This document shows positions 27,865 to 42,982 of a stretch of DNA of 64,000 nucleotides, piece after piece. The first letter of the stretch is position 1. Every line of letters begins with the position of its first letter. Below the pieces are notes generated by a model. It searched no databases and was not told the DNA's origin. It was given only the letters and a program-made list of their open reading frames with translations. Origin of the DNA: Octopus vulgaris (taxonomy: Eukaryota); contig OX597824.1 of the NCBI GenBank assembly GCA_951406725.2, forward strand, positions 31,558,001 through 31,622,000. The letters are read 5' to 3'. Both the position numbers and the translations under genes were made by a program.

Positions 27865-28306
27865 CTACACATTGATAATTCATTTTATACTTTTTGAGAT
27901 CTAGTTATAAGTTATATGTTTTATAAAAATATATATTATTTGTTATTTATGTATTGGTTTATGTCTATCACTGTTTGAGTTGCATAATAGTGGTTTTATC
28001 TCCAATTTATATTTTATATATATATATATATTTATATATCGCTTTTATCCTTCGAAACGTAGAGTAGATGAAACCATAGCGACTGAAGAAGGTTTTTTTT
28101 TCTTTGTGTTAATTGTCCTGTACTCTATTTTTTGGCTGTTTTTAAAAAAATGTCCAGTTCCTTTGGTTTGTGTCTATGTTTTCGTTTCACATTGTGTTCG
28201 ACGTCCTTTTGGTGTCCTGTACTCATATATGCGTGTATATGTACATGTAGAGGTAGGTACGTACATATATGTTTATATATATGCATATGTTTTATTTTAT
28301 TTATTA

Positions 28307-28355
<49 letters not shown>

Positions 28356-28464
28356 TGGCAGGGAGATTGTCTATTGTATAGATATCTGTTAGGGCATATG
28401 TGCATCTGTGAGTTTGACCAAGATATACACAAATGCACTCACCAACACACAAACACACAAGCGC

Positions 28465-28539
<75 letters not shown>

Positions 28540-28949
28540 AACAAGGCAGACATCCACCCAATAGACACTTTTCATTTCACTAAATTCATCCCCATCCTAA
28601 TGGATGGAGTGTTGCTCACCAACTGAAAAAGCAGCATGCATTCGTGTGTTTGTTTGTGTCAGCATGTGTGTCTTTTAGATTCCTTTCTTAAAAATAGCCT
28701 GAAGTTAAACTACAATTATAGTGGACAATATTTGTAGTTTTGAGGAACTGTGTCCCTTTAATGGAATTTAGATCAGTTCTATAGAGGCTGGTTACCACTC
28801 CTTTCTCTACTCGTGAAAGCTATAAAAATAAAGATATATATATTAGCAAGAATCCAAATCGATATAAACTTCTACTTTTCAGTTGTAAGAATTCCAATTC
28901 CTATTACAAATTATATTTATTTAGATGTATTAGTTTTATTTATTGATAC

Positions 28950-29149
28950 TCTTTACTCTTTTACTTGTTTCAGTCATTTGACTGTGGCCATGCTGGAGCA
29001 CCGCCTTTAGTCGAGCAAATCGACCGCAGGTCTTATTCTTTGTAAGCCTAGTACTTATTCTATCAGTCTCTTATACTTATTCTATTGGTTGTCAAGCGAT
29101 GTTGGGGGACAAACACAGACACACAAACATACACGCGCACACACACACA

Positions 29150-29183
<34 letters not shown>

Positions 29184-29354
29184 TATATATACATGTATAC
29201 GACGGGCTTCTTTCAGTTTCCGTCTACCAAATTCATTCACAAGGCTTTGATCGGCCCGAGGCTATAATAGCAGATACTTGCCCAAGGTGCCACACAGTGG
29301 GACTGAACCTAGAACCATGTGGTTCGTAAGCAAGCTACTTACCACACTGCCACT
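28950..29354 (-). mobile_element. SINE family 1 copy
   Basis: Reverse complement of the family, with an internal deletion. Confidence 0.8.
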
Positions 29355-29580
29355 ACGTCTACGTTTAGGTTTATTATATATATTTTTAGTTAACTTAACT
29401 TTTATATATTTAACGGGGTTATGATTCACTATGCATCACATGTATGGAGTTAGTCTATTTACAAATGGTGAGGGTACATTTCATTTCAAGCTTAGTTCCT
29501 GTGTTTATTTTAATTTTTATCATTCGCGGACTGTTTATTTAAATATAAGCTATTATTTAAAAATTTATTACACACACACG

Positions 29581-29636
<56 letters not shown>

Positions 29637-29678
29637 TATATATATGTGTGTAGACACTTATGTATATATGTATATACA

Positions 29679-30058
29679 GTGGAGGCGCAATGGCCCAGTG
29701 GTTAGGGCAGCGGACTCGCGGTCCTAGGATCGCGGTTTCGATTCCCAGACCGGGCGTTGTGAGTGTTTATTGAGCGAAAACACCTAAAAGCTCCACGAAA
29801 CTCCGGCAGGGGATGGTGGTGATCCCTGCTGTACTCTTTCACCACAACTTTCTCTTACTTCCTGTTTCTGTTGTACCTGTATTTCAAAGGGCCGGCCTTG
29901 TCACTCTCTGTGTCACGCTGAATATCCCCGAGAACTACGTTAAGGGTACACGTGTCTGTGGAGTGCTCAGCCACTTGCACGTTAATTTCACGAGCAGGCT
30001 GTTCCGTTGATTCGGATCAACCGGAACCCTCGTCGTCGTAACCGACGGAGTGCTTCCA
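29679..30058 (+). mobile_element. tRNA-derived SINE, family 3
   Basis: A box tggcccagtgg and B-box-like ggtttcgattcc; GC-rich body, no tRNA acceptor closure. Confidence 0.75.
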
Positions 30059-30106
30059 TATATGTATATATATACACACACACATACACTCATACATATA
30101 TATACA

Positions 30107-30160
<54 letters not shown>

Positions 30161-30161
<1 letters not shown>

Positions 30162-30572
30162 TTAGGCAAATCATACAATGAAAAACTTAAGCCAATACAT
30201 AAGATTAATTATTTTATATTATTTTAAATATACATCAAAATTATTAAAAAAAGATAATTAGTATAACACTACGATCGTTTAACTAAGTTAAATATTTAAA
30301 TCACCTGAAGAATGACTGTAACTCGAAATTTTAAGAATTGGACAGCCATGAAACGATCGTAGTGTTATACTAATTATCTTTTTTCAATAATTTTGATATA
30401 TATTTAAAATAATATAAATTAATTAATCTTATGTATTGGCTTAAGTTTTTCATTGTATGATTTGCCTAATAGTGGTTTTATCTCTAATTTAATATAATAT
30501 AATATTTTACTATAAAATTGGATTCAATCCTAAATCTGATTTTTCCCTGTAAGTTTGGATTTATTCCCTAAT
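30161..30572 (+). mobile_element. Fold-back PLE-type terminal fragment in (TA)n (inverted arms 30161-30280 and 30351-30470)
   Basis: ~120-bp inverted repeat, an HHR, and a 3' tail shared with 31085-31292 and 48570-48768. Confidence 0.75.
30302..30364 (+). ncRNA. Type I hammerhead ribozyme
   Basis: cac-CTGAAGA-atgactgt...acagccat-GAAA-cgatcg-TA|gtg; palindromic stem III, GUA triplet. Confidence 0.8.
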
Positions 30573-30574
30573 AT

Positions 30575-30672
<98 letters not shown>

Positions 30673-30724
30673 GTACACATATATTTTCTTTCCTTTGTGA
30701 ATATAACAAGCACATGCATATGTG

Positions 30725-30762
<38 letters not shown>

Positions 30763-30817
30763 ATGCATGTATATATGTATATATGTAATGTATGTATGTG
30801 TATATATATATGATTCA

Positions 30818-31030
30818 AAATGTGACCGCGTGTGTACCGTTGGCGATTTTTTTCCCTCCGTTTTCCCTTCTCTGGATCTTTCCTTTTCCTATGCTTCTGA
30901 CGAAGAGCTCCGCTCGAAATGTTAAACTCTCCTTATTCCCTGCCTTCCTGAGCGTCCAATAGTACTATATTTGTTCCACGTCCTCGCGTTGTTGTGTTTT
31001 CTCTTTGTGTATTCATGTTTGGATTAACTT
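30818..31030 (+). mobile_element. ~200-bp HHR-bearing element in (TA)n
   Basis: CTGACGA-agagctccgctc-GAAA-tg-TT|aaac at 30893-30927. Confidence 0.7.
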
Positions 31031-31084
<54 letters not shown>

Positions 31085-31093
<9 letters not shown>

Positions 31094-31290
31094 TTCGAGA
31101 CAAAACCACTATTTTGCAAAACAAACAAGGAAAGACTTAATCAATACATAAAAATTTTTAATATAAAGAAATAAACCGCCACTGCAAAATAGTGGTTTCG
31201 TCTCGAATTAATATAATATTTTACTATAAAATTGGATTTAATCCTAAATCTGATTTTTTCCCTGTAAATTTCGATTTATTCCCTAATATT

Positions 31291-31292
<2 letters not shown>
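31085..31292 (+). mobile_element. Short fold-back terminal fragment in (TA)n
   Basis: attaattcgagacaaaaccactattttgca is inverted against tgcaaaatagtggtttcgtctcgaattaat; same tail as 30471-30572. Confidence 0.65.
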
Positions 31293-31373
<81 letters not shown>

Positions 31374-31971
31374 TGTATGTATGTATGTATGTATGTACGT
31401 ATGTATGCATGTGCATATGTGAGATAATAGTTTCAGTATTAATAGTCTCACTATTAAAACTGAAAGTATTATTTCGCATTACAATAGAGATGTTATTGTT
31501 TCACTTTTGACACGTAATACTGAAATAGTGTAAGAGATAAGAGATTGCTCTGGAAATTAGAGATTGCATTAGGTAAGACGTTGAAAGTTATTATGGCCCC
31601 CATGAAACTGCATGGACTCTAAGTAAGGTATGTGTAAAATTTGAATGAAATCAGTTCGGTAGTTCTCGAGTTTTAGTGATGCACACACAGACAGACTGAC
31701 AGACTCACATTCTCAGTTTTATATATATATATAAGTGTGTGTGTGTGTGTATGTATACACACATACACACACATATATATGTATGTATTTCTATTATATA
31801 TTTATTTCCTCGTGTCCTCGTGTTACTTTTCTGTTGAAGAGCATTGGGTCAAAATGTAAAAGACTTTCTCACTTTCCCAAGTATCAAACTAATACACGTG
31901 CTTGTTGTTTATACACCTGTCTTCGTCTTGTTTTTCTGTAAATTTCAACTATACATACATACATACATACA

Positions 31972-32007
<36 letters not shown>

Positions 32008-32024
32008 TATATGTGCCTGTGCTC

Positions 32025-32982
<958 letters not shown>

Positions 32983-33129
32983 TTATGTATATGTATACAT
33001 ACATATGTATACATGTGTATAATATATACACACGTGTGTGTGTTTGTGTGTGTGCTAACGTAGTAGGAGATATCCTATTTCCAAAATATAGCCAAGAAAT
33101 ATAATAAAAATAACAATCCATCGAGCATA

Positions 33130-33845
33130 CACTGAATAGGTTCCCTGCCAAGTGCTACAAGGCAAGGATGAAAATTAATGTTGCAAAGCGAGATTGATTC
33201 TCTCAAGAAATTCTTCCCGGTGCACTCTTCATGCAAGTGGAACATCAGTGAGACGAGTGGAGAAGTTTAAGTATCTCAGAGCCATAGTCATGAGTGATAG
33301 ATGACAGGAAGTGAATTGGATGCAAGAATTGCAGGTGCTGACATAGTAATGCCCCAGCTGCAGTATTTGATCCTCAGAAGAGAAGTTGACAAAAAAACCC
33401 ACTCGTTATCTTCAATTTAGTTTTCGTACGATCGCAAACATATGCAGTCAAACTACGGTTTCTTTGAAGATTGTCTGGAATAATGTTATTTGACAGGATG
33501 CATAGCTGAGAGATGAGAGAATCTCTCTAAGTCAATCTGCTACTTCTACATGTTGAGCGGTCACAGTTCCAGTACTATGGATACATAATTAGACTATCAC
33601 AGGAAAGAATCACAACACAGATTCTTCAAGCCAAGCCAACTGGCAGAAGACCGAGGGTTAGGCCAAGAACAAGGCAATTGGATAATATTCAGTCTCGGTT
33701 GATCTCACTTGCGAATCTAGCTGGAAAGTTTGACAGTTGCTTCTGATGGAAACCCGTGTAGGAAGTGCCTGACGACTCTTTTTCCCACAACCCTCTCAAG
33801 AATAATGGACAGAGAAGACGGATGGGTCGCTGGATGGATGGATAA
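33130..33845 (+). mobile_element. Degenerate RTE LINE 3' portion
   Basis: MKINVAK, VEKFKYL, ELDARIA, YYGYIIR and GRRPRVRPRT remnants; (GGAT)n tail. Confidence 0.7.
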
Positions 33846-34157
33846 TCAAATATAAAAGAAATACTATAAATACTAATACTAGAAGTAAATATAGTAGCTA
33901 TAATATTAAAAACGCATATATTAAGGAACATTATACCTAAGTAACAGTACAATGCCATAAATTAAACTGACAATAGATATATAGGTTCGATATCAAACTC
34001 CTTTAATTGGTGCTATAATATGTACTAGGATACATTCAATAAAAAAATTATGCAAGACATCACCAGTGGAATACATATCAGATTTGTTGACACTTTAACC
34101 GTCCTTATTTCTTTGCATGTATGTATATTTACACGTGCGTGTGTGAATGTCTATATG

Positions 34158-34202
<45 letters not shown>

Positions 34203-34204
<2 letters not shown>

Positions 34205-34758
34205 AGTAAAACGCCCCCCGTCCAATGGACGTTGCTGAATCATATCTGCTGAATAAAAAGCAATCAGTGTTTTCTTTTCATTAAAAAATAATTAAGCATA
34301 CCTTTATTTCAATAAAATTTTTGGTTTTGTTAAACGAAGTTAAGGCAACAAAATGCTTCTTGAGAAACCAAATAGTCTTTCCTTCCTTCATGCCAAGTTT
34401 GAAGAAAATATCTCGTTTGCATCTTACTTTTTTGGTCTCTTAAATATAATGCATTTTGTGGCATTATTTCAAGCCAGTCTGCTTTTTTTGCGCAAACTGC
34501 ATGTGCATTTTTCTCCCGTACGCGTAGTATCGATCACAACAGCTGATATACTTGCGTGTACAAATGCACGTTCCCACGAATTTATCGATGGCATTCTCAC
34601 CTGGAATCGATCTTTGAAGCTTTTTCAAGACTTATACACGTCTTGATACCGTCGGCATCTACACATCAAATTTGAGCGCAATCGGATGGAGGATGCCCGA
34701 GATCCTAGAAGACACACACACACACACACAGACAGACAGAACGATTTTATATAATAGA
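34203..34758 (-). mobile_element. Probable non-autonomous Helitron
   Basis: Minus A|TCTATTATATAAAA plus CTGT/GT repeat start; palindrome CGTCCAATGGACG near the other end; terminus CTTG rather than CTRR. Confidence 0.5.
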
Positions 34759-34780
34759 TACACGCACACACACACACACG

Positions 34781-34836
<56 letters not shown>

Positions 34837-35332
34837 CATATATATATATATACACACACACACATACATACATATACACATACACATGTAAATAATATAA
34901 ATATATTGTGCGTGTGCGTGGAAAGAAGAAGCGTATTCCAACGCAGGAAAAAATATAGAATTTGTTTTGCAGTTTGAAAGTGCACCTGAATCTCAAAACG
35001 TGGAGTCATTTTAAAATTTGGTAATAAATTTATTCACATTACCAAACCGGTTTCTGCTAAGTTTTTGCAATAGTACAAATTTATAAATAAAGGGATTAGG
35101 AGAGTTTAAAGTTACAAGGTAAAGATCGGACAAGCATATTGAAACGATCGAATGTTTTAATTTTCACAGAAATTTCAGTGAGTTTCACAGGAATAGATAG
35201 TAATATAAATGTGAAAATCGGTGAAGATCATAAGAAATGTACATTGTTGAAAGTTCAGTCATATTGAGCTTTTATTTAAAAAGTGGAGAAGAAAGAGAAA
35301 AAGATGGAAAGAAAAGAATGTTTTATTTTACC

Positions 35333-35400
<68 letters not shown>

Positions 35401-36338
35401 ACACACATATGGGTCACTGTAAATACGTTTATAAGTGTATATTTGCATGTTGGTAAGAATATACATAAACGTATGTGTGTGAAAGAACTAGACACTGACC
35501 TAAACTGCAGAAGTGAGAATGTTAATCTTTACCCACATGAAAGAAGGTTTATTTTATCGTACCTATAGGTCCCATCATTATTATAATTACCAGTTCTCTA
35601 CTTTCGATACTTTCATCACCATACCCTGGGAACCCAGCAAAGAGTTTTACCAAATTATACACATCGAATACGCAGACACGTATTCGCCCAAACACGGCCT
35701 TAAGCGTTCGGACACCAGCCATGCATGCTCATCACCCTCAAAAAACCCTACTCGTATAATACCCTTATGCACATTCCAACCCTACACAAACCCACAATCC
35801 CTACACATATTTTCAGAAAATTCTTGTAGATTTACATCTCAGAGACCTTTTGGTCCAAGGGACATTACAGTTAGTATAATCTGAAGACAAGTAAATTGCG
35901 AGATATCCTGCTCAAAAGAGTAACGGATTTCATATAAGAGTTAGTCTTCACTCACAGGAATACCTTAACAAAGACCACATATTTTAATATACTTGGTAGT
36001 ATAGTATGGTTGCAAAACGAAATGCGTTGCCTCTAGCGGCAATTAATAAGTACATGCCAGTTGTCAGGAATGTTTTTAATATCTAAATTAGTTAAACTAA
36101 ATTTACTGGGTTTTTAAGCAATATGTTTCTGGATAGTTAATAGGTTAGATGTGGTGCTAAATAAAGAGCAATAACTCCCGGAATATGCATATACACCAAT
36201 TACCTATTTTTTTTTAATATTCGATCGCATTGCCTACACAAAACGTTGTAACTTTCAGTGCAATCTCTAATTTCTATAGAAAAATCTGTCGAGATAATTT
36301 AAAAGTGATATGTGTGTGTATGTGTTTGTGTGTGTGTA

Positions 36339-36394
<56 letters not shown>

Positions 36395-36398
<4 letters not shown>

Positions 36399-36689
36399 CC
36401 CTCCCCAGGCACAAGTCCGGGCAAGGTTGTTTATGGAAGGCCAGCAATCGCCCATGCATACCGGCCTCCCCTCTCCATGCCACCAGTAATATCCAAGGGA
36501 AAGGCAACACCAGATACGGCTTGGCACTTGTGACGTCGCAACTCGTTTCTACAGGTGAGTGGACTGGAGCAACGTGAAATAAAGTGTCTTGCTCAAGGAC
36601 ACAACACGCAGCCCCCTGTCCGGGACTCGAACTCACAACCTCACGATCGTAAGCTCGACGCTCTAACCACTGAGCCATGGGCCTTCACG
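36395..36689 (-). mobile_element. tRNA-derived SINE, family 4
   Basis: Minus: tggctcagtgg A box, gagttcgagtcc B box, gtgtccttgagcaagacac body. Confidence 0.8.
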
Positions 36690-36718
36690 CACTCTCTCAC
36701 ACACACACACACACACAC

Positions 36719-36756
<38 letters not shown>

Positions 36757-37124
36757 GCGTGTATGTGTGTGTGCGCGTGCTGGTCTGTGCGTGTTTGTGT
36801 GTATGTAATTATATATGTATTATGATTCGGCATAGGCATCGCAATTCTAGTAGCCTTTTGTTAGGACTAAATATACATATGCTTCAGAATAAAGTGTTAG
36901 GCGATCGCCTACGAGATTCGACCACTTTTAATTTGTCTGTCGTAAACCACCGTTCAACTCTGCTTTCTTTTCTTCATTCTTCATTTGCCCTGTAAACTTC
37001 TAGCACTGCCGATATTTCCACATCTAGCACTATCCATACTTTACACATCCACCCCATCCCTACCCCACCCTCTGCTTTTCAAAATGTTCGACCTTATTTA
37101 CAACCATTAAACATTATTGTCTTA

Positions 37125-37345
37125 CAGAAGTCCCTCAGCCTCTCGCGGTTCACCTATCGCGGTTTATTATTTAAGCTTACATCGATTCCTCCGTGGTGTT
37201 GTTTTGAATTTATAATAAAATTAATATATACAAGTTATAAGAATAATAAAATATATATACAGTACAGTACTGTTTCTACTTTGCGGATTTTCACCTATCG
37301 CGGGGATTTTGTAACGTAAAACCCGCGATAGTCGAGGGATTACTG
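37125..37345. mobile_element. Tc1/pogo-type MITE
   Basis: TA|cagaagtccctc..tcgcgg versus ccgcgatagtcgagggattactg; imperfect TIRs. Confidence 0.6.
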
Positions 37346-37650
37346 CATTTTCTTTATTACCTCGAAGAATAACCCTCTTAGCATGGACATTTCTTCAATT
37401 TTACTCATATTACGATCTGATTATGGCCCATGTAGACAAAGCAATGATAGTGCCTGTTTGGAATGTTACGTAAATTCTATAAAAAATAAAGAGTTTTGCA
37501 ATATTTGTCATATTTCCCTCTCATTTTATATATTTTTAGTTCCCTTCCTTACTGTACTACATTTCCGGTCACGACGGCCGGCGAGGGGCAACGCGAATGC
37601 TACTACCTATGCTACGCCTACCATGTGCCCTCACAAAACTGGACTAGTTG

Positions 37651-37713
<63 letters not shown>

Positions 37714-38175
37714 GAGTGAGAGAGCAGCGCTTGCCATCAAAGTGGCACTGGGGTACAAATATACGAAGCCCAGTATACCCATCATGACTACCCGTCTGAT
37801 AACGGTACACCAGACACATGCATCACAGACATGTGTGCGCGACATGGTGATCTCATATCAAGATAAACAGTGTATGACCTTGCGGGTGGAGCCCAGTTAG
37901 AGTTTTCTTCAGGTCGAGTAACCCCTCCCAATCAAATGGTCCTTGAATAAGGGTTGTTTAAGGATGTTGAGCGAAACACCCATGTTTCCAGAAGTGAATT
38001 ATTGAAACTCCAAAGAATTTCTTTCTACGCATGGCTGTTATGCCCCCTCCCACTAATCCTGCACGTGATCAGAGATGCACATATCGTCAACCACCAAGTG
38101 TCTGAGGTCAAGCAACTGACAAGCAAATCTGTAGTTTTGAGCAGAATATTTGCTGTAGCCCATCTTTTATACTAA
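37714..38175 (-). mobile_element. ~500-bp element ending in (AAT)n, family D copy
   Basis: Homologous to 41135-41790 and, inverted, to 42983-43488; always abuts an ATT/AAT array. Confidence 0.75.
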
Positions 38176-38217
38176 GTATTATTATTATCATCATCATCAT
38201 CATCATCATCATCAACA

Positions 38218-38254
<37 letters not shown>

Positions 38255-38296
38255 CATCATCATCATCATCATCATCATTATTATTATTATTATTAT

Positions 38297-38745
38297 TGAA
38301 GGCAACGAGCTGGCAAAATCGTTAGCACGCTGGGCAAAATGCTTCGCGGCATTTCGTCCGTCCTTACGTTCTGAGTTCAAATTCCGCCAAGGTCGACTTT
38401 ATCTTTCATCCTTTCGGAGACGATGAAATAAGTACCAGTTACGCACTGGGGTCGACGTAGTCGACTTGCCCCCTCCCCCAAAATTTCAGGCCTTGTCCCT
38501 ATGGTATAAAGGATTATTATTATGATTATTGAAGGTAGCAAGCTAGCAGAACTGTTAGCACGCCGGGCAAAACGCCTAGCGACATTTCGTTCGTCTTTAT
38601 GTTCTGAGTTCAAATCCTGCCGAGGTCGATTTTGCTTTTCATCCTTTCAAGATTTTAAAATTAAGCGAAATACCTAGGGTCGATGTAATCGACTAGGCCC
38701 CTCCCCCAAATTGCTGCTCTTGTGCCTGTAGGAGAAAGGATTATT
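38297..38745 (+). mobile_element. Two tandem SINE family 2 copies
   Basis: gagctggcagaa A-box-like, gagttcaaattcc B-box-like, tttcatcctttcgg..aagtaccag core (resembles the MetaSINE domain, from memory). Confidence 0.8.
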
Positions 38746-38779
38746 ATTATCAGTTATCATTATTATTTTTGGTTTGACT

Positions 38780-39510
38780 CAAAGTTCGATCTTATTCCTT
38801 ATAGGATTTATGTGGGGAGCGGGTTACTACCTGTAACCTTAAGTATTCACAAGTTTTCAGTAGCCTTTCAAGTACATAGAATCCTCCTGAAAAATCCTTA
38901 CTTTCCCTAAGAGACAAATGTTTTTGTTGGAGCTCTACAGGGCGTTCTATTCCAATGTCCTTCAGCCATTTGTCTACATCGTTACTTACTGTTCCCAACG
39001 CACCAATTATTATAGGCACGACCTTGACATATCTCATACTCCAAATTCTTCCTATCTCAATTTTTAAGTGATTGTATTTTCTGTTTTTCGTCCTCTTTCT
39101 TTTCGATCCTGGAATCAAACGGGCATGATGGGTCGATTAGTAAGCATCTTCGATTTTCTTTATCTATTAATTGTTGTGTCTGGTCTATTATTTTATAACT
39201 TATACGTTTGAACAGGTAAGTCCTACAAAGTTTTGCATTTCTCCGACTCCAGTGCTCTTTTCGACCCGATGATTGTACCATGTTTCCAGCTTCAAATCCC
39301 CATTTCTGGCAAAGTTTCCTGTGTAAAACTTTTACAATCTGGTCGTGCCTCCATTTCTTATACTCTTCCTATACCAACTTGAGAGGTTCCGCCACAATGT
39401 GTGCCACTGTCTCGTTCCAAGTTCCACGGGCTCTACATTTTTCTAATACATTCTCACCATACACATTTTTTTCTCAAGCTGCTTGATTTTATCACTTGAT
39501 CTTGAGCTAA
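38780..39510 (-). mobile_element. R4/Dong-like LINE 3' end (CCHC + restriction-like endonuclease remnant)
   Basis: ETVAHIV..EYKKWRHD, CLLIDPSCPFD, KYNHLKIEI..W..VKVVPIIIGALGTV. Confidence 0.8.
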
Positions 39511-39779
39511 CTTAGGCTAACTTATTTTCGTCCAAACATAGCTTGCTATCTTAATTTCGTGTTCTCCATATCTGATAAGAGTGTTCGGTGTGTTTCTCTT
39601 CAGATGGCCTACTTAATGCATAGTAATAGACGTATATATACAATATATATACAAGACTTCTGTATACAATTCTCGGTTCCATCTGATCCGCTTACATTTT
39701 TCGTTCGGTGAACTTGGAGGGTTCGAGTTGGGGACAGTTCCAGTTCAAGTGACCATCCAGATTCGTATTCAGAGAGGAA

Positions 39780-41090
39780 TAATTATTACTACGGTGTCAG
39801 CTGTTCACTACCAGTGAACTAAGGTAACACCTCTTATTTTTCGAGCACCTTACGGAGTATTCGAACAGTTCCAAGCAGTGCTATTTTCTGCAAGTGCTCC
39901 ACCCTTATTGCAGCCCCTATTTGTTCCACGTACTTCTCGAGATTTTTGCTCACTGTTCCCAGGGCTCTGGCAATTATTGGCACTACTGCTACCGTTTTCA
40001 TCGGCCACAACTACTTCACTTCCCAAGCTAACCTGTCATATCTCTCGACTTTTCTTTCTTCCTTATCGCATACCGTGTTGTCAGCTGGGTATGCTATATC
40101 TACGACCCAGCATAGTTTGTTTGGATCTTTTCAATTGTGTGGCCAGGAGCCCAGATCTTTCTACTTAACTAAATAATTTGAAACTTCGTATGCTGGTACA
40201 GTATTTCAAAACAAGACACAGGTTGGAACTAGTTTATTTGAGAAAAATCTATTTTATGACTTTAATCGTAGATTAAAACTGCGAATTTTAACCAATGAGA
40301 TTGCTTGTTTTCATATTTAATACGTTACTGCATTCTGTTAGTGTGACGTAGAAAGCAGTTTTGTGACGTAGGCAACTGTGCACATTTGAGGCTAACATAC
40401 ATAGATACATACACACACACACACACATACATACAGATACACATACACCGAGTATTCACTCGAAAAAACTAAACACTGAATCGGCCATACATACATGTGT
40501 GACACACACACATACATAGATACACACACACACACATACATACATAGATACATACACACACACACACATACAGATACACATACACCGAGTATTCACTCGA
40601 AAAAACTAAACACCGAATCGGCCATACATACATACATACACACACATACATACACACACATACACACACACACACACACACATACATAGATACATACACA
40701 CATACATACATACATACATACATACATGCATTCATACATATACACATACACCGAGTAAAAAATTTCATCGTTATTGTTTTGTTTACATTTGTTTACATAC
40801 CATATGTTTACTACGTCACCAAATTGGTGGTCGAGACAGAGTAAATAATATGAAGCCGAAAGACGGAATACCATTGGTTAAAATTCTAATTATTAAACAA
40901 TGTTAAACTTAGAAGTTACAATTCCGTTTTCATTCTGGTTTACAATTAAGTTTACTTTTGACACATTCTACCAGTATACGAAGTTTCAAATTGTTTGGTT
41001 CAGTAGGAAAAATTTGAAAAAACTGGCTTCACAAATGAAAAGATCCGTTTGTTTTCTTTCTTTCTCAATTAAGACTTTGTCTGGCTTATC
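39780..41090 (-). mobile_element. Second R4/Dong-like 3' fragment, interrupted by the MITE at 40123
   Basis: Minus: KKVERYDRLAWEVK*LW..VVPIIARALGTV..LQKIALLGTVRILRKVL. Confidence 0.75.
40123..41046. mobile_element. GGATCTTTTC-ended MITE with 8-bp TSD and internal CA/ACAT repeats
   Basis: TSD GTTTGTTT at 40115-40122 and 41047-41054; termini ggatcttttca / tgaaaagatcc; shares acacattctaccagtatacgaagttt with the 16623 MITE. Confidence 0.88.
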
Positions 41091-41134
41091 ATCATCATCA
41101 TCATCATCATTATTATTATTAGCCTCATTATTAT

Positions 41135-41793
41135 TGAGTAAAAGAACAGCGCTTGCCATCTAAGTGACACTGGGGTACAAATATGCGAAACCAAATACAC
41201 CTATCATGACCACCCATCTGGTAAGGCTACACCAAGCACATGCATCACAACCATATGTGCGCGGCATGGTTAACTAATATCAAGATAGATAGCGCATGAC
41301 CTTGCAGGTGGGGACAGTTTTCTTCAGGTCGAGTAGCCCATCTCGCTCAAAAGGTCCCTGAGTAAGGTTTAAAGATAATGAATGAAACACCCATGTTTCC
41401 AGAGGTAAATTATTCAAACTCCAAAGAATTCCTTTCAACACATGGCTATAATGCTCCCCAACTACTACTACTCGTAATCAGAGATGCGCATATCACCAGT
41501 CACCAAGGCACATGCTCAACTGGTTAAGTTCAAGCAACTGGCAACCAAATCTGTGGTATTGAGCAGAATATTTGCTGCAGCCCATCTTTTATACCAAGAC
41601 AAAACACGTTCACGATAACGCTTCCAAACAGTTAAGATGAGAAGCCATGAAAGCCACTACCTAGAGAAGCCAAGCGAGCCACTGCCTTGAAAAGCCGTGA
41701 GAGCCACTGCCTGGGAATCCATAAGAGCCATTGCTGTGAGAAGCCATGAGAGCACTGTCTTGAGAAACAATGAGAGTCACTGCCTTGAGAAGC
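41135..41793 (-). mobile_element. Family D copy including ~24-25-bp tandem repeats (41640-41793)
   Basis: Homologous to 37714; repeats of gagaagccatgagagccactgcct. Confidence 0.7.
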
Positions 41794-41794
<1 letters not shown>

Positions 41795-41856
<62 letters not shown>

Positions 41857-41876
41857 AATCATCATCATCATCATCA

Positions 41877-41928
<52 letters not shown>

Positions 41929-41946
41929 TCATCATCATCATCATCA

Positions 41947-41998
<52 letters not shown>

Positions 41999-42027
41999 CG
42001 GCATCATCATCATCATCATCATCATCA

Positions 42028-42109
<82 letters not shown>

Positions 42110-42110
42110 C
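41795..42110. repeat. Alternating (CAT)n/(TAT)n microsatellite
   Basis: Directly visible. Confidence 0.95.
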
Positions 42111-42849
42111 GGCTATAATATCTAAATAATTCCATACACCTTTTAATTATTGATTTATTTCTTTTGTTTACTAACCTCAGCATAAACCAAAATAGGCTAC
42201 GAATAAACCAGTGGGCAGAAACTATATTCTACTACTACAACTACTACTACTAACGTTAACAAAAAACGTTAACTATTTAGAGGAAAACAGCATATAAAAT
42301 GTTAGTAACCTTTTTTCAAACTTGGCAGAATGTTAACCCTACCAGACAGCTACACTCTACACACGTGGGCGCGGGAGCATTTCTGTCCGTTTTCAGTTCC
42401 TAACTTCAATATATAGGTCACATACATGTTACTGCCTCTTTTCTCTTCATGATATGGAATACGTATTCTGATTACGAGTTAGTTAAAAGGAATGTGGGAT
42501 AGTGAAAGAGGCAGTGGTAGTGTATTATAAACTAGGACAGGAACTATACATATACGTTTACTCAGTTCAGCTTACACTTCTACGCTGTCTCGTAGTTGCA
42601 CAATATCTCTGCTTCGAAACATTCTACCACTCCTTTTCATTTCATAACCTATAGAGTAAATGGGTGCAGCTACAATGTTTAACGCAATTGCTAAAACTAG
42701 CTGTTGATTGGATACAAGGTTTTGCGTCAGTAGAAGGCTTATACTTGACATGTTACGCAATTCAACATAAAAGTTATGAAATAGTTGCAATCACATTTCC
42801 TCTGCATCCTTACTACCCGCTTCCTCTATATTCTTGTTATCTGCTTTTT

Positions 42850-42981
<132 letters not shown>

Positions 42982-42982
42982 T

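Noticed and set aside
28045-28100. HHR-like words gaaacg and ctgaagaag
   Set aside because: Order and stems do not assemble into a convincing fold.
29679-29760. tRNA genes (here and at other SINE heads)
   Set aside because: Only A/B boxes are retained, there is no complete cloverleaf, and each runs into a repeated SINE body.
35513-35884. 123-aa non-repetitive ORF
   Set aside because: No recognisable motif or splice support; at most a very decayed retroelement fragment.
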